Assembly: GCA_021162325.1 (NCBI GenBank)
Contig: JAGGYV010000299.1
Coordinates: forward strand, 1-52,282
Source of the DNA: Desulfobacteraceae bacterium
Lineage (GTDB): Bacteria; Desulfobacterota; Desulfobacteria; Desulfobacterales; Desulfosalsimonadaceae
Length of the DNA stretch: 52,282 bases
Direction: 5' to 3'
In this document: in pieces, positions 1 to 7,728 of the stretch
How positions within the stretch are numbered: the first letter of the stretch is position 1
Layout: each line of letters begins with the position of its first letter
Program-made: the position numbers and the translations under genes
Notes under the pieces: generated by a model
What the model was told of the DNA's origin: nothing
Databases searched by the model: none
What the model saw: the letters and a program-made list of their open reading frames with translations, nothing else

Positions 1-728
1 CCTAACGCAATACCTGCATCAGCCAGGACCGCACAGGCGGCCTCAGAGTGAGGCGTAATTTCATTTGGATGATTAAACTGGATATTCATATACAATGGAT
101 GATACTTTTTTAACATATCACCCAAGGATTTATCGACACGTTGAGGCAGCGCACAGGGTATCCGGGTATGAATACGAATAATTTCAACATGCGGTATCTG
201 GCGGATTTGACTTAAAATGTGTTCTAGCCGGTCATTGCTCAGCATCAGGGGATCGCCGCCGGAAAGAATCACATCCCGAACCGCCGGGGTTGACCGGATA
301 TATGCAATGCCTTGATCAATGACACTTTCGGGAACCTGTTTTTCCTGGCCAAGCCTTCGTTTGCGCATACAATGCCGACAATAGATGGCGCACTGATTAG
401 ACACCATAAAGACCACCCGATCCGGGTACCGGTGAATCAAATTCGGCACCGGGGACTGGGGTTCTTCCCAAAGCGGATCGGGTGTTAAAAAAATTTCCTG
501 ATCCAGTTCTGCAATATCCGGGATCACCTGTTTGCCCAGAGGATCACCGGCTTTTTTAATCAGGGTCAAAAAATACGGATTAATGCGCATGGGATACTTT
601 CGCGTGACCCGCATGACTGCGTTTGGGTCAATCGAAAATATCTCTGCAAGGGATTCTGGCGTTACAAGACTCTCTAAAAAAAAGTCTTTTTCAGATTCAT
701 TATGATGACATGAGGCTATTTTTAACAT
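1..728 (-). CDS. KamA-family radical SAM protein (lysine 2,3-aminomutase-like); 3' end runs off the window
   Basis: Hand translation from the ATG at 726-728 gives MLKIASCHHNESEKDFF... It contains an in-frame CxxxCxxC motif (FMVSNQCAIYCRHCMRK, about nt 362-419) and VILSGGDPLML (about nt 243-275). It is absent from the ORF track because it is open at the window edge. Confidence 0.8.
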   Translation of the reverse strand, partial: MLKIASCHHNESEKDFFLESLVTPESLAEIFSIDPNAVMRVTRKYPMRINPYFLTLIKKAGDPLGKQVIPDIAELDQEIFLTPDPLWEEPQSPVPNLIHRYPDRVVFMVSNQCAIYCRHCMRKRRLGQEKQVPESVIDQGIAYIRSTPAVRDVILSGGDPLMLSNDRLEHILSQIRQIPHVEIIRIHTRIPCALPQRVDKSLGDMLKKYHPLYMNIQFNHPNEITPHSEAACAVLADAGIAL

Positions 729-900
729 ATTGAATTTTCAATTTCCGGATACGATCATAATTGAGATTAAATTTAAGTTTTTTTGGTTAAAGATAGACTG
801 AACCTTGTTGTCGCAAGTTTGATTCGTTCATTTGCAAGGCATCAAGGGTGAAGCTGTAGTGTGCTACCGCGATCCCTTTATAACAAAGCAAATGGACGAA

Positions 901-1500
901 TCAAGCTTGTGGCCAGCGCGGTGACAGGGCATGGTCGATATCCAAATGATCCAGCACCCTTGCCACAATTGAATTCACAAGATCATTAATCGTTTCAGGC
1001 CGGGTATAAAATCCCGGTGACGGGGGCATGATGGTGGCTCCGGCTTTTGCGGCTCGGGTCATGTTTTTTAAATGAACAAGACTCAACGGCGTCTCGCGCG
1101 GCAGCAGGATCAGGGGGCGTTTTTCTTTTAAGCAAACGTCTGCGGCACGATGGATCAAATTATCCGTGATACCGTTGGATATGGCAGCCAGGGTGTTCAT
1201 AGAGCAGGGGGCAATCACCATGCCGTTGTGCTGAAAAGACCCGCTGGCAACAGGGGCAAAAAAGTCAGATGAATCGACTTCAGTCAAAGTTGCCTGTGAA
1301 TGAAATATCTCATTGTTTTTCCTAAAATAACTATCAATGGGACCAGATAAATAATCCGTTTCATGGGCGGCAACCGCCCGGCCGGATTCAGACATCAGTA
1401 CAAACACCTCAACCGGGTATTTCATCAACGCAGAAACAAGATGAAAACCGTAAATACTGCCGGATGCGCCGGTGATTGCCACAATAAATTTTTTCTTCAT
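901..1500 (-). CDS. ubiX: Flavin prenyltransferase UbiX
   Basis: Taken from the 202-aa ORF. MKKKFIVAITGASGSIYG...MVIAPCSMNTLAAISNG is typical of UbiX/Pad1. The preferred start is the ATG at 1498-1500, which overlaps the upstream TGA stop (ATGA). Confidence 0.9.
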   Translation of the reverse strand: MKKKFIVAITGASGSIYGFHLVSALMKYPVEVFVLMSESGRAVAAHETDYLSGPIDSYFRKNNEIFHSQATLTEVDSSDFFAPVASGSFQHNGMVIAPCSMNTLAAISNGITDNLIHRAADVCLKEKRPLILLPRETPLSLVHLKNMTRAAKAGATIMPPSPGFYTRPETINDLVNSIVARVLDHLDIDHALSPRWPQA

Positions 1501-2408
1501 ACCATCCACCGCCGAACCAGTTCATCCGCCAGAATACCAACAAATAAAAGCACTGAAATCACACTATTAACATGAAAAAACGCGATATTGATATTTTTTA
1601 AATCATGTGGGTTAACCAGCTTGTGTTCAACAACAAACAGGAAGCCGATCACACACACCGTTATCAGGAAAACCGCCTGCATATCAAATATAGAATAGAC
1701 CAATAAAAAAAACACAAAAGATACTGCATGCAGGACAGAGGAGAGGTTCAACGCATTTTGAATCCCTATTTTTGACGGCAGGGAAAACAGCTTTTGACCC
1801 TGATCAAACGCCGCGTCCTGGCACGAATAGATAATGTCAAAACCGGCGATATACGTCATCAAAGCCAGAGACAGGCATAAAATCCCCCATGAAAACGTGC
1901 CGGTGGCCGCAATCCATGCCCCCATAGGTGCAAGGGAAATGGCAAACCCCAGGTACAGGTGGCACCACCGGGTAAAGCGCTTGGTATAGGAATACCCGAA
2001 CAGAACACCAAGCACGGGGATTGACAGATAAAAGCAAAGTTTACTGAGCATGGCAGCGCAAAGGACAAAGACCGCCGATGATAAAATCACAAAACCGATG
2101 GCCGATGCCATGGACAATTGGCCGGACGGAATTTCACGGTTCATGGTTCTCGGGTTTTCACGATCAAAACCAACGTCCGCGATCCGATTGAACCCCATGG
2201 CTGATGAACGGGCACTGACCGCCGCTACAATAATCCAGACAATATCGGCAAGCCCAGGAGAATAATCCCGAAATGCCAGCACCACGGCTGACAGAACAAA
2301 CGGCAACGCAAAAATGGTATGCGAGAACTTGATCATCCGGCCGTAAGTTTTTATCTTTTCAATCATTGACGGCACGGATGTGAAGTATTTTGAATTGTTT
2401 GTCATCAT
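1497..2408 (-). CDS. UbiA-family aromatic polyprenyltransferase (UbiA/MqnP-like), polytopic membrane protein
   Basis: Both Asp-rich motifs are present: NRIADVGFDRENPRT and DIIYSCQDAAFDQGQKLFS. Multiple hydrophobic segments. The start ATG at 2406-2408 overlaps the upstream TAA stop (TAATG). Confidence 0.85.
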   Translation of the reverse strand: MMTNNSKYFTSVPSMIEKIKTYGRMIKFSHTIFALPFVLSAVVLAFRDYSPGLADIVWIIVAAVSARSSAMGFNRIADVGFDRENPRTMNREIPSGQLSMASAIGFVILSSAVFVLCAAMLSKLCFYLSIPVLGVLFGYSYTKRFTRWCHLYLGFAISLAPMGAWIAATGTFSWGILCLSLALMTYIAGFDIIYSCQDAAFDQGQKLFSLPSKIGIQNALNLSSVLHAVSFVFFLLVYSIFDMQAVFLITVCVIGFLFVVEHKLVNPHDLKNINIAFFHVNSVISVLLFVGILADELVRRWMV

Positions 2409-3424
2409 TAAGATAGTCCGACGCCATGGATAAAAGCACCGCAGTCCGGGCATTTGTTATCAATAATTTTGTTTTCCGACACATGATAGCCCCTTCGGTC
2501 GATCAATTTACCGCCGCAACTGTAACAGAATGTATTTTCACTGGTCTCGCCGGGAACATTGCCGGTATAGACATATTTCAAACCGGCGGTGATCCCGATA
2601 TTCCGGGCCATAAGTAACGTCTCCACAGGCGTAGGCGGACGGTCTGTCAGCTTATAAGTTGGATAAAACCGGCTGACATGCCACGGGGTATCACTCCCAA
2701 GTTCGGTGACGATAAATGCCGCCAGGTCTTTTAATTCTTTTGGATCATCATTTAAGCCGGGAATCAAAAGGGTGGTCACCTCCACAAAAATATCCATCGC
2801 CTTCATCTTTTTTAATGTTTCTAAAACCGGAGATAATCTGGCATTGCACATTTTTTTATAAAAATCATCGGAAAATGCCTTTAAATCCACATTGGCCGCA
2901 TCCAGAAACGGGCTGAGCATCTCAATGGCTTTTCCAGACATATATCCATTGGACACAAAAACATTTTTAATATCTTTTGTATGTGCCAGTTTTGCGCATG
3001 CCAGGGCCAATTCAAAAAACACCGTAGGCTCGTTGTATGTATATGCGATGGACTTGCAGTTTCCTTTTATCGCCTCGTCAACGATCTCCTCGGGCGAAAA
3101 AGACTTTCCCGCAATCCGGCCGTCATGGTCTGCCGGCATATGTGCAATGTCCGCGTTCTGGCAAAAGCGGCATTTTAAGTTGCACCCCACAGTCCCAACC
3201 GAATATGACAACGTGCCAGGATAAAAATGATACAGCGGCTTTTTTTCAATAGGATCAATATGACTGGCAATAACTTTGTCATAGACCAGGGTTTTGAGAT
3301 ATCCATTTTTATTTTCCCGCACACCACAAATACCCCGGCGACCGTCTTTTATCACACACTGGTGGCTGCACAAAAGACACTGGACCATTTTATCGTCTAA
3401 CGGTGTGTAAAGCAATGCTTCCAT
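2408..3424 (-). CDS. AmmeMemoRadiSam-type (PflA-like) radical SAM enzyme
   Basis: Contains the CNLKCRFCQN radical SAM motif and a C-terminal CxxC...CxxC ribbon (CYSCGG...CPDCG). The start is set at MEALLYT (ATG 3422-3424), preceded by AAGGAG. The longer ORF-track start at 3475 reads through a heptad repeat. Confidence 0.8.
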   Translation of the reverse strand: MEALLYTPLDDKMVQCLLCSHQCVIKDGRRGICGVRENKNGYLKTLVYDKVIASHIDPIEKKPLYHFYPGTLSYSVGTVGCNLKCRFCQNADIAHMPADHDGRIAGKSFSPEEIVDEAIKGNCKSIAYTYNEPTVFFELALACAKLAHTKDIKNVFVSNGYMSGKAIEMLSPFLDAANVDLKAFSDDFYKKMCNARLSPVLETLKKMKAMDIFVEVTTLLIPGLNDDPKELKDLAAFIVTELGSDTPWHVSRFYPTYKLTDRPPTPVETLLMARNIGITAGLKYVYTGNVPGETSENTFCYSCGGKLIDRRGYHVSENKIIDNKCPDCGAFIHGVGLS

Positions 3425-3443
3425 GGTGGGCTCCTTGGGATTA

Positions 3444-3466
3444 GGTAGAAGGTAGAAGGCTGAAAA
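3444..3466. repeat. Heptad repeat GGTAGAA-GGTAGAA-GGCTGAA (dispersed family)
   Basis: Directly visible. The same motif family occurs inverted at 4226-4247 and 52113-52195, with a short trace at 50613-50622. Confidence 0.85.
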
Positions 3467-3483
3467 TAAATACAACCACTCAT

Positions 3484-3807
3484 TTATTGTTTTTGATAAA
3501 ACAATACGCCTACCCGGTCAATATGACTTTTCAATTCAGGATGTTTTAGCGTATAATAATTTATTAAATCAACGGTATATGGCAGACTGCTCTCCTCAAA
3601 ATCGCTTTTTATATTGCCGATAACTGTCTCTTTCACTCCGGCGTTCATCACTGCCAAATCAATATCGCTGCCGAATTTGTATGTTCCCCTTGCCCGACTG
3701 CCAAAGATGAAAACGATTTCAGCATCGGGATACTTTTTAAAAACATTCTGCAATGTCTGCATATCCCGATCTGTAAGCCCAAACGTATTTCTTTCTTGAT
3801 GGCGCAT
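3484..3807 (-). CDS. MNT-type nucleotidyltransferase domain protein (Pol-beta superfamily)
   Basis: 107 aa. FIFGSRARGTYKFGSDIDLAV matches the G-S-x(n)-D-x-D minimal nucleotidyltransferase signature. Confidence 0.8.
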   Translation of the reverse strand: MRHQERNTFGLTDRDMQTLQNVFKKYPDAEIVFIFGSRARGTYKFGSDIDLAVMNAGVKETVIGNIKSDFEESSLPYTVDLINYYTLKHPELKSHIDRVGVLFYQKQ

Positions 3808-4014
3808 TTAATATAATCTACCGCAATGTTTTTTCCACTTCATTGACACAAATCGGATATCATTTTCCTTCATTTAAACCTCCGCTTGCCGATACATATC
3901 GAGGCGACAAATCATTTTCACGGAAAGCATCCCGGACTTCTACAACCATTTAATTTTTAGATTCTTTCTGATTCTTGTGTTTTTTTAGCAAACTTTTTTA
4001 AAAACTCAAACCGT

Positions 4015-4150
4015 GTGAAGTGACTAAAGTGATCTAAAGTGCCGAAAGTTGTGGACTGCGCGAAACGCGCGATCATTTTTACATAAAAATTGAAAATGCC
4101 GAAGGCATTAACCATAACTTTAGCTCACTTCAAACTTTAGTTCACTTTTA
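4015..4150. repeat. Imperfect inverted repeat built from (C)TAAAGTGA units, with central mini-hairpins
   Basis: The left arm gtgaagtgactaaagtgatctaaagtg (4015-4041) pairs with the right arm aactttagctcacttcaaactttagttcactttt (4117-4150). Internal GCGCG-AAA-CGCGC and ATGCC-GAA-GGCAT hairpins. Confidence 0.7.
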
Positions 4151-4225
4151 ACTTTTCCGGTTTATCCGGGTTAAGTATTTTCAAAAGGACGGGTTTCTCG
4201 CCACAACGCTGGACCACATCCTTTT

Positions 4226-5011
4226 TTACCTTCTACCTTCCACCTTCTTTTCCGCACAACTGACCGGCCGGCTGTTTGACGCAACCGAATTAGCGGAGAG
4301 GGACTTTAATTTCAAGGGCGTTGTCTTAAACCGGGGTACCGGCTGCGCCAGAATACCGGCAAATGCACCAAAAGGGCTTTTCCTGACAAACCTTGATTTC
4401 TCAAAATTATCGACCAGCTGGCTTGTCATGCCGGGAAAGTGACAGGTTGTCTGCCAGGTAATGGGCACATCTCCCAGAAGAGAGGTAAATAAATATTTAA
4501 TTTCATTAATACTGAAAAACCGGGCCCGATTATAAACGGTTGATTTAAAAATCCCCTTGATCCGGCGCTGCAACGCTTTTAAGGCATATTTGTTCAAGAC
4601 ACCGACAAACACGCCGTCTTTTGCCACCCGGCAGGCCTCTGCCAGAGCCTTTCGGGGATCATCCGCGAATTCAAGGGACAGGCAAAGTGTGGCATACTCA
4701 AACGAATTGTCCTCAAACGGCAAATCTTCTGCATGCGCACGATGCAGATCCACGCGGTGCCCGACATTTTTTTTGGCAATATCAAGCATATAAGGAGAAG
4801 GGTCCACGCCGGTAAGCTGAATCCCTTTGCCGATAAACGGCATCAGACTGGCACCCGCACCGCAACCGATATCAAGAAGCCGTTCCCCGAATCGGGGGTG
4901 CAGCATCTTGAGCATCAGCCGGGTCTCCAGATCAATGACTCTCTGGTTGCCAGCTTTATTCAGCCATTGATCGTATGCAACAGCATCATTAAAATCAAAT
5001 ACATAGCCCAT
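4226..5011 (-). CDS. Class I SAM-dependent methyltransferase
   Basis: 261 aa. The LLDIGCGAG motif I and the overall layout resemble Methyltransf_11. The last roughly 7 codons (KKVEGRR) are encoded by the heptad repeat at 4226-4247. Confidence 0.8.
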   Translation of the reverse strand: MGYVFDFNDAVAYDQWLNKAGNQRVIDLETRLMLKMLHPRFGERLLDIGCGAGASLMPFIGKGIQLTGVDPSPYMLDIAKKNVGHRVDLHRAHAEDLPFEDNSFEYATLCLSLEFADDPRKALAEACRVAKDGVFVGVLNKYALKALQRRIKGIFKSTVYNRARFFSINEIKYLFTSLLGDVPITWQTTCHFPGMTSQLVDNFEKSRFVRKSPFGAFAGILAQPVPRFKTTPLKLKSLSANSVASNSRPVSCAEKKVEGRR

Positions 5012-5264
5012 GGAATTGTTGTAATTAAATAAAATAACTTTTTCAAGGAGAAAGCAGAAACAGCAGGCATTTAATGCAGGATATAAAATAACCGGTTTTA
5101 TTTCAGGCCTTTTCCCCGCTCCATAAAACCAATTTTCTCTTCAATTTTTTATGCCCATTTTTATGAATCAATGATATAATATTTTTTTATCTTGTTCACA
5201 TGAATACGGATTGATAGATTTTAGAAACCGGTAACCACGATAAATAAAATTAACACGGATAAAA

Positions 5265-6122
5265 ATGAAATTTTATAAATACCATGGCCTGGGAAATGAT
5301 TATATTGTTATCGACCCGGCTGACCAACCCAGAGACCTGACGGAATCTGACATTTCAATTATCTGCCACCGGAATTTCGGCATTGGTTCCGATGGGATCC
5401 TGCTGGGTCCGATTCACACGAAGAAAGCTGATTTTGCGGTCCGGATATTCAACCCGGACGGCAGCGAAGCGGAAAAAAGCGGCAACGGTTTAAGAATTTT
5501 TTCCCGGTATTTATGGGACAAAAAGCTGGTTTCAAACACGCCGTTTACCATCTCAACCATCGGCGGTCTTGTTGAATCCCGAATTCATAAGAATGGATTA
5601 ATATCAGTGGATATGGGAAAAGTCAGTTTTGACAGTGAAAAAATCCCAGTCATAGGTCCCAAACGCCAGGTGTTAAATGACAACATTGAAATTGACGGAC
5701 AGGAAATTACGTACTGCGGAGCCACCATTGGAAATCCCCACTGCGTGATCATTTCCGATGACATATCACCCGAACTGGCCAAAAAGCTGGGACCGAAACT
5801 GGAAACCCATCCGAATTTTCCCAACCGGACCAATGTTCAGTTTATGAAAATCATTAATCGGTCCAATATTTCCCTTGAAATATGGGAACGCGGGGCCGGG
5901 TACACTCTGGCATCCGGGAGCAGCAGTTCCGCATCCGCTGCCGTTGCCTTTGCGCTGGGATATACGGATCAGGATATAACCGTTCACATGCCCGGTGGGA
6001 CACTGGAAATCCGTGTTCACAAAGATTTATCCATTACATTAAAAGGACCGGTGACCCGGGTCGGTGAAGGAAGCATTGATGCTGAAATATTTAACCAGAC
6101 AAAACCAAGAAGCAAAAAATGA
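5265..6122 (+). CDS. dapF: Diaminopimelate epimerase
   Basis: 285 aa. MKFYKYHGLGNDYIV, NPDGSEAEKSGNG and IGNPHCV are DapF hallmarks. Confidence 0.9.
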   Translation: MKFYKYHGLGNDYIVIDPADQPRDLTESDISIICHRNFGIGSDGILLGPIHTKKADFAVRIFNPDGSEAEKSGNGLRIFSRYLWDKKLVSNTPFTISTIGGLVESRIHKNGLISVDMGKVSFDSEKIPVIGPKRQVLNDNIEIDGQEITYCGATIGNPHCVIISDDISPELAKKLGPKLETHPNFPNRTNVQFMKIINRSNISLEIWERGAGYTLASGSSSSASAAVAFALGYTDQDITVHMPGGTLEIRVHKDLSITLKGPVTRVGEGSIDAEIFNQTKPRSKK

Positions 6123-7351
6123 AAGATTTTTTTACCGTTACACCACTTAAACAAGTATTTGAATATATTGCGGCGTTTCCGGTGGTTGCCGCTGAAACCA
6201 TTTCCATTAATCAGGCAACGGGAAGAATTCTTGCACAAGATATCCGCTCAGATGAAGATGTTCCCGGATTTTCAAGATCCACCATGGACGGTTACGCGGT
6301 TTACGCGGCATCGACCTTCGGTGCATCTGAGGGGAACCCGGCCTATCTGACCCTTGACGGCGCCATTCCCATGGGAAAAAATCCATCCGCCTGCGTTGTT
6401 CCAGGAAAAGCTATACGCATATCCACCGGCGGAATGCTGCCGAAAGGTGCCGACAGTGTGGTGATGTTGGAATATGCCACGGAAATTGATGAAAACACAT
6501 TAGAAGTTTATAAAAGCGTGGCACCCGGCGGCAATGTGATCACCAAAGGCGAGGATATTCAAAAAGACCAGTCACTGCTTTCTGCCGGTTTAATGCTCCG
6601 GCCCCAGGAAATCGGCCTGCTGGCCGCACTGGGACGTGAACAGGTAAACGTATACAAAAAACCAGTGGTCGGCATCATCTCAACCGGTGATGAAATTGTT
6701 CCGATTCAGAACATTCCGGGTCCGGCACAGGTTCGTGATATCAATTCCTATTCCATCAGCAGCCAAATCGTTCAGGCCGGGGGAATCCCCTTAAGTTTCG
6801 GTATTATCAAAGACAATTACGATGCATTAATTGAAACGTACAAACAGGCCCTACAAAAGACGGACATGCTCATCCTATCCGGCGGCAGTTCCGTGGGCAC
6901 CCGGGATTTGACCATAGAGGTTTTAAAATCCTTAAATGATTCAAAAATCCTTGTGCACGGAATCCCCATCAGCCCGGGAAAACCAACAATCCTGGCCCGT
7001 GCCGGCAATAAACCGGTCTGGGGGCTGCCCGGCCATGTCACATCTGCCATGGTTGTTTTCAACCGGGTGGTTCAACCCTTTATTAAACATATGACAGGCA
7101 CGGATATAGCCAGAAAAAACCATATTCAGCGCATTCCCGCAAAAATATCCAGAAATATCGCATCCGCCCAAGGTCGCACGGATTTTATCAGGGTCCGGTT
7201 ACAGGAATCAGATGACGGGCTATGGGCGGAACCCGTACTGGGTAAATCCGGGCTAATCAATACCATGATCCAGGCCGATGGCCTGATTGAAATTGATATG
7301 AATACTGAGGGGCTGGACAAGGGAACAGACGTATCGGTGATTCCTTTATAA
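6119..7351 (+). CDS. moeA: Molybdopterin molybdenumtransferase MoeA
   Basis: 410 aa. Contains SxMDGYAV, ISTGG and GLPGHVTSAMVVF motifs. The ATG overlaps the dapF stop (ATGA). Confidence 0.9.
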   Translation: MKDFFTVTPLKQVFEYIAAFPVVAAETISINQATGRILAQDIRSDEDVPGFSRSTMDGYAVYAASTFGASEGNPAYLTLDGAIPMGKNPSACVVPGKAIRISTGGMLPKGADSVVMLEYATEIDENTLEVYKSVAPGGNVITKGEDIQKDQSLLSAGLMLRPQEIGLLAALGREQVNVYKKPVVGIISTGDEIVPIQNIPGPAQVRDINSYSISSQIVQAGGIPLSFGIIKDNYDALIETYKQALQKTDMLILSGGSSVGTRDLTIEVLKSLNDSKILVHGIPISPGKPTILARAGNKPVWGLPGHVTSAMVVFNRVVQPFIKHMTGTDIARKNHIQRIPAKISRNIASAQGRTDFIRVRLQESDDGLWAEPVLGKSGLINTMIQADGLIEIDMNTEGLDKGTDVSVIPL

Positions 7352-7393
7352 CTCAACCATATATGGATTAAGCGAAGCCTCTTAAATACTAAT

Positions 7394-7504
7394 TGTCATT
7401 ACGAGAAGTGAGGAACGAACGACGACGTAATCTCTTGGCTTTTATGAGATTGCTTGACGTCGTGTCCGTCCCTGCGACGCCAGCGGCAGGCTCGCAATGA
7501 CAGG
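7394..7504. repeat. Palindromic GTCATT(A/G)CGAG...CTCG(C/T)AATGAC element, copy A
   Basis: Ends gtcattacgag / ctcgcaatgac are inverted. Its left arm (7395-7434) matches 38 of 40 nt of the reverse complement of 11879-11918. Confidence 0.85.
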
Positions 7505-7520
7505 TGATCTTTAAAACATT

Positions 7521-7696
7521 TTGGCCTTGATCATCGTTTCGGCCAAGGCAAATTCGTCATTCCCGAACGTTTCTATCGGGAATCCAGTTATCTGTTATTC
7601 CGGACATAGATTCCGGCTAAGCTTGTCCTCGGATATTTCTATCGGGGAAGCATACCGGAATGACATTGTGCTGGCCGAAACGATGACTAAAGCCAA
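7521..7696. repeat. Nested inverted-repeat (MITE-like) element
   Basis: Outer arms are ttggccttgatcatcgtttcggccaa (7521-7546) and ctggccgaaacgatgactaaagccaa (7671-7696). Inner GTCATTCC(C/G)G / CGGAATGAC hairpins. The 67-aa ORF here is probably spurious. Confidence 0.75.
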
Positions 7697-7728
7697 TATT
7701 TTCTATTTAGGCACGAATTATTAAAACA

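Noticed and set aside
3425-3475. Longer N-terminus (MYLFSAFYLLPNPKEPT) for the radical SAM gene
   Set aside because: These codons are the reverse complement of the GGTAGAAGG heptad repeat. The downstream ATG at 3424 has a proper AAGGAG RBS.
3484-3807. Complete HEPN-MNT toxin-antitoxin system
   Set aside because: No HEPN/DUF86 ORF lies on either side, and only the nucleotidyltransferase half is present.
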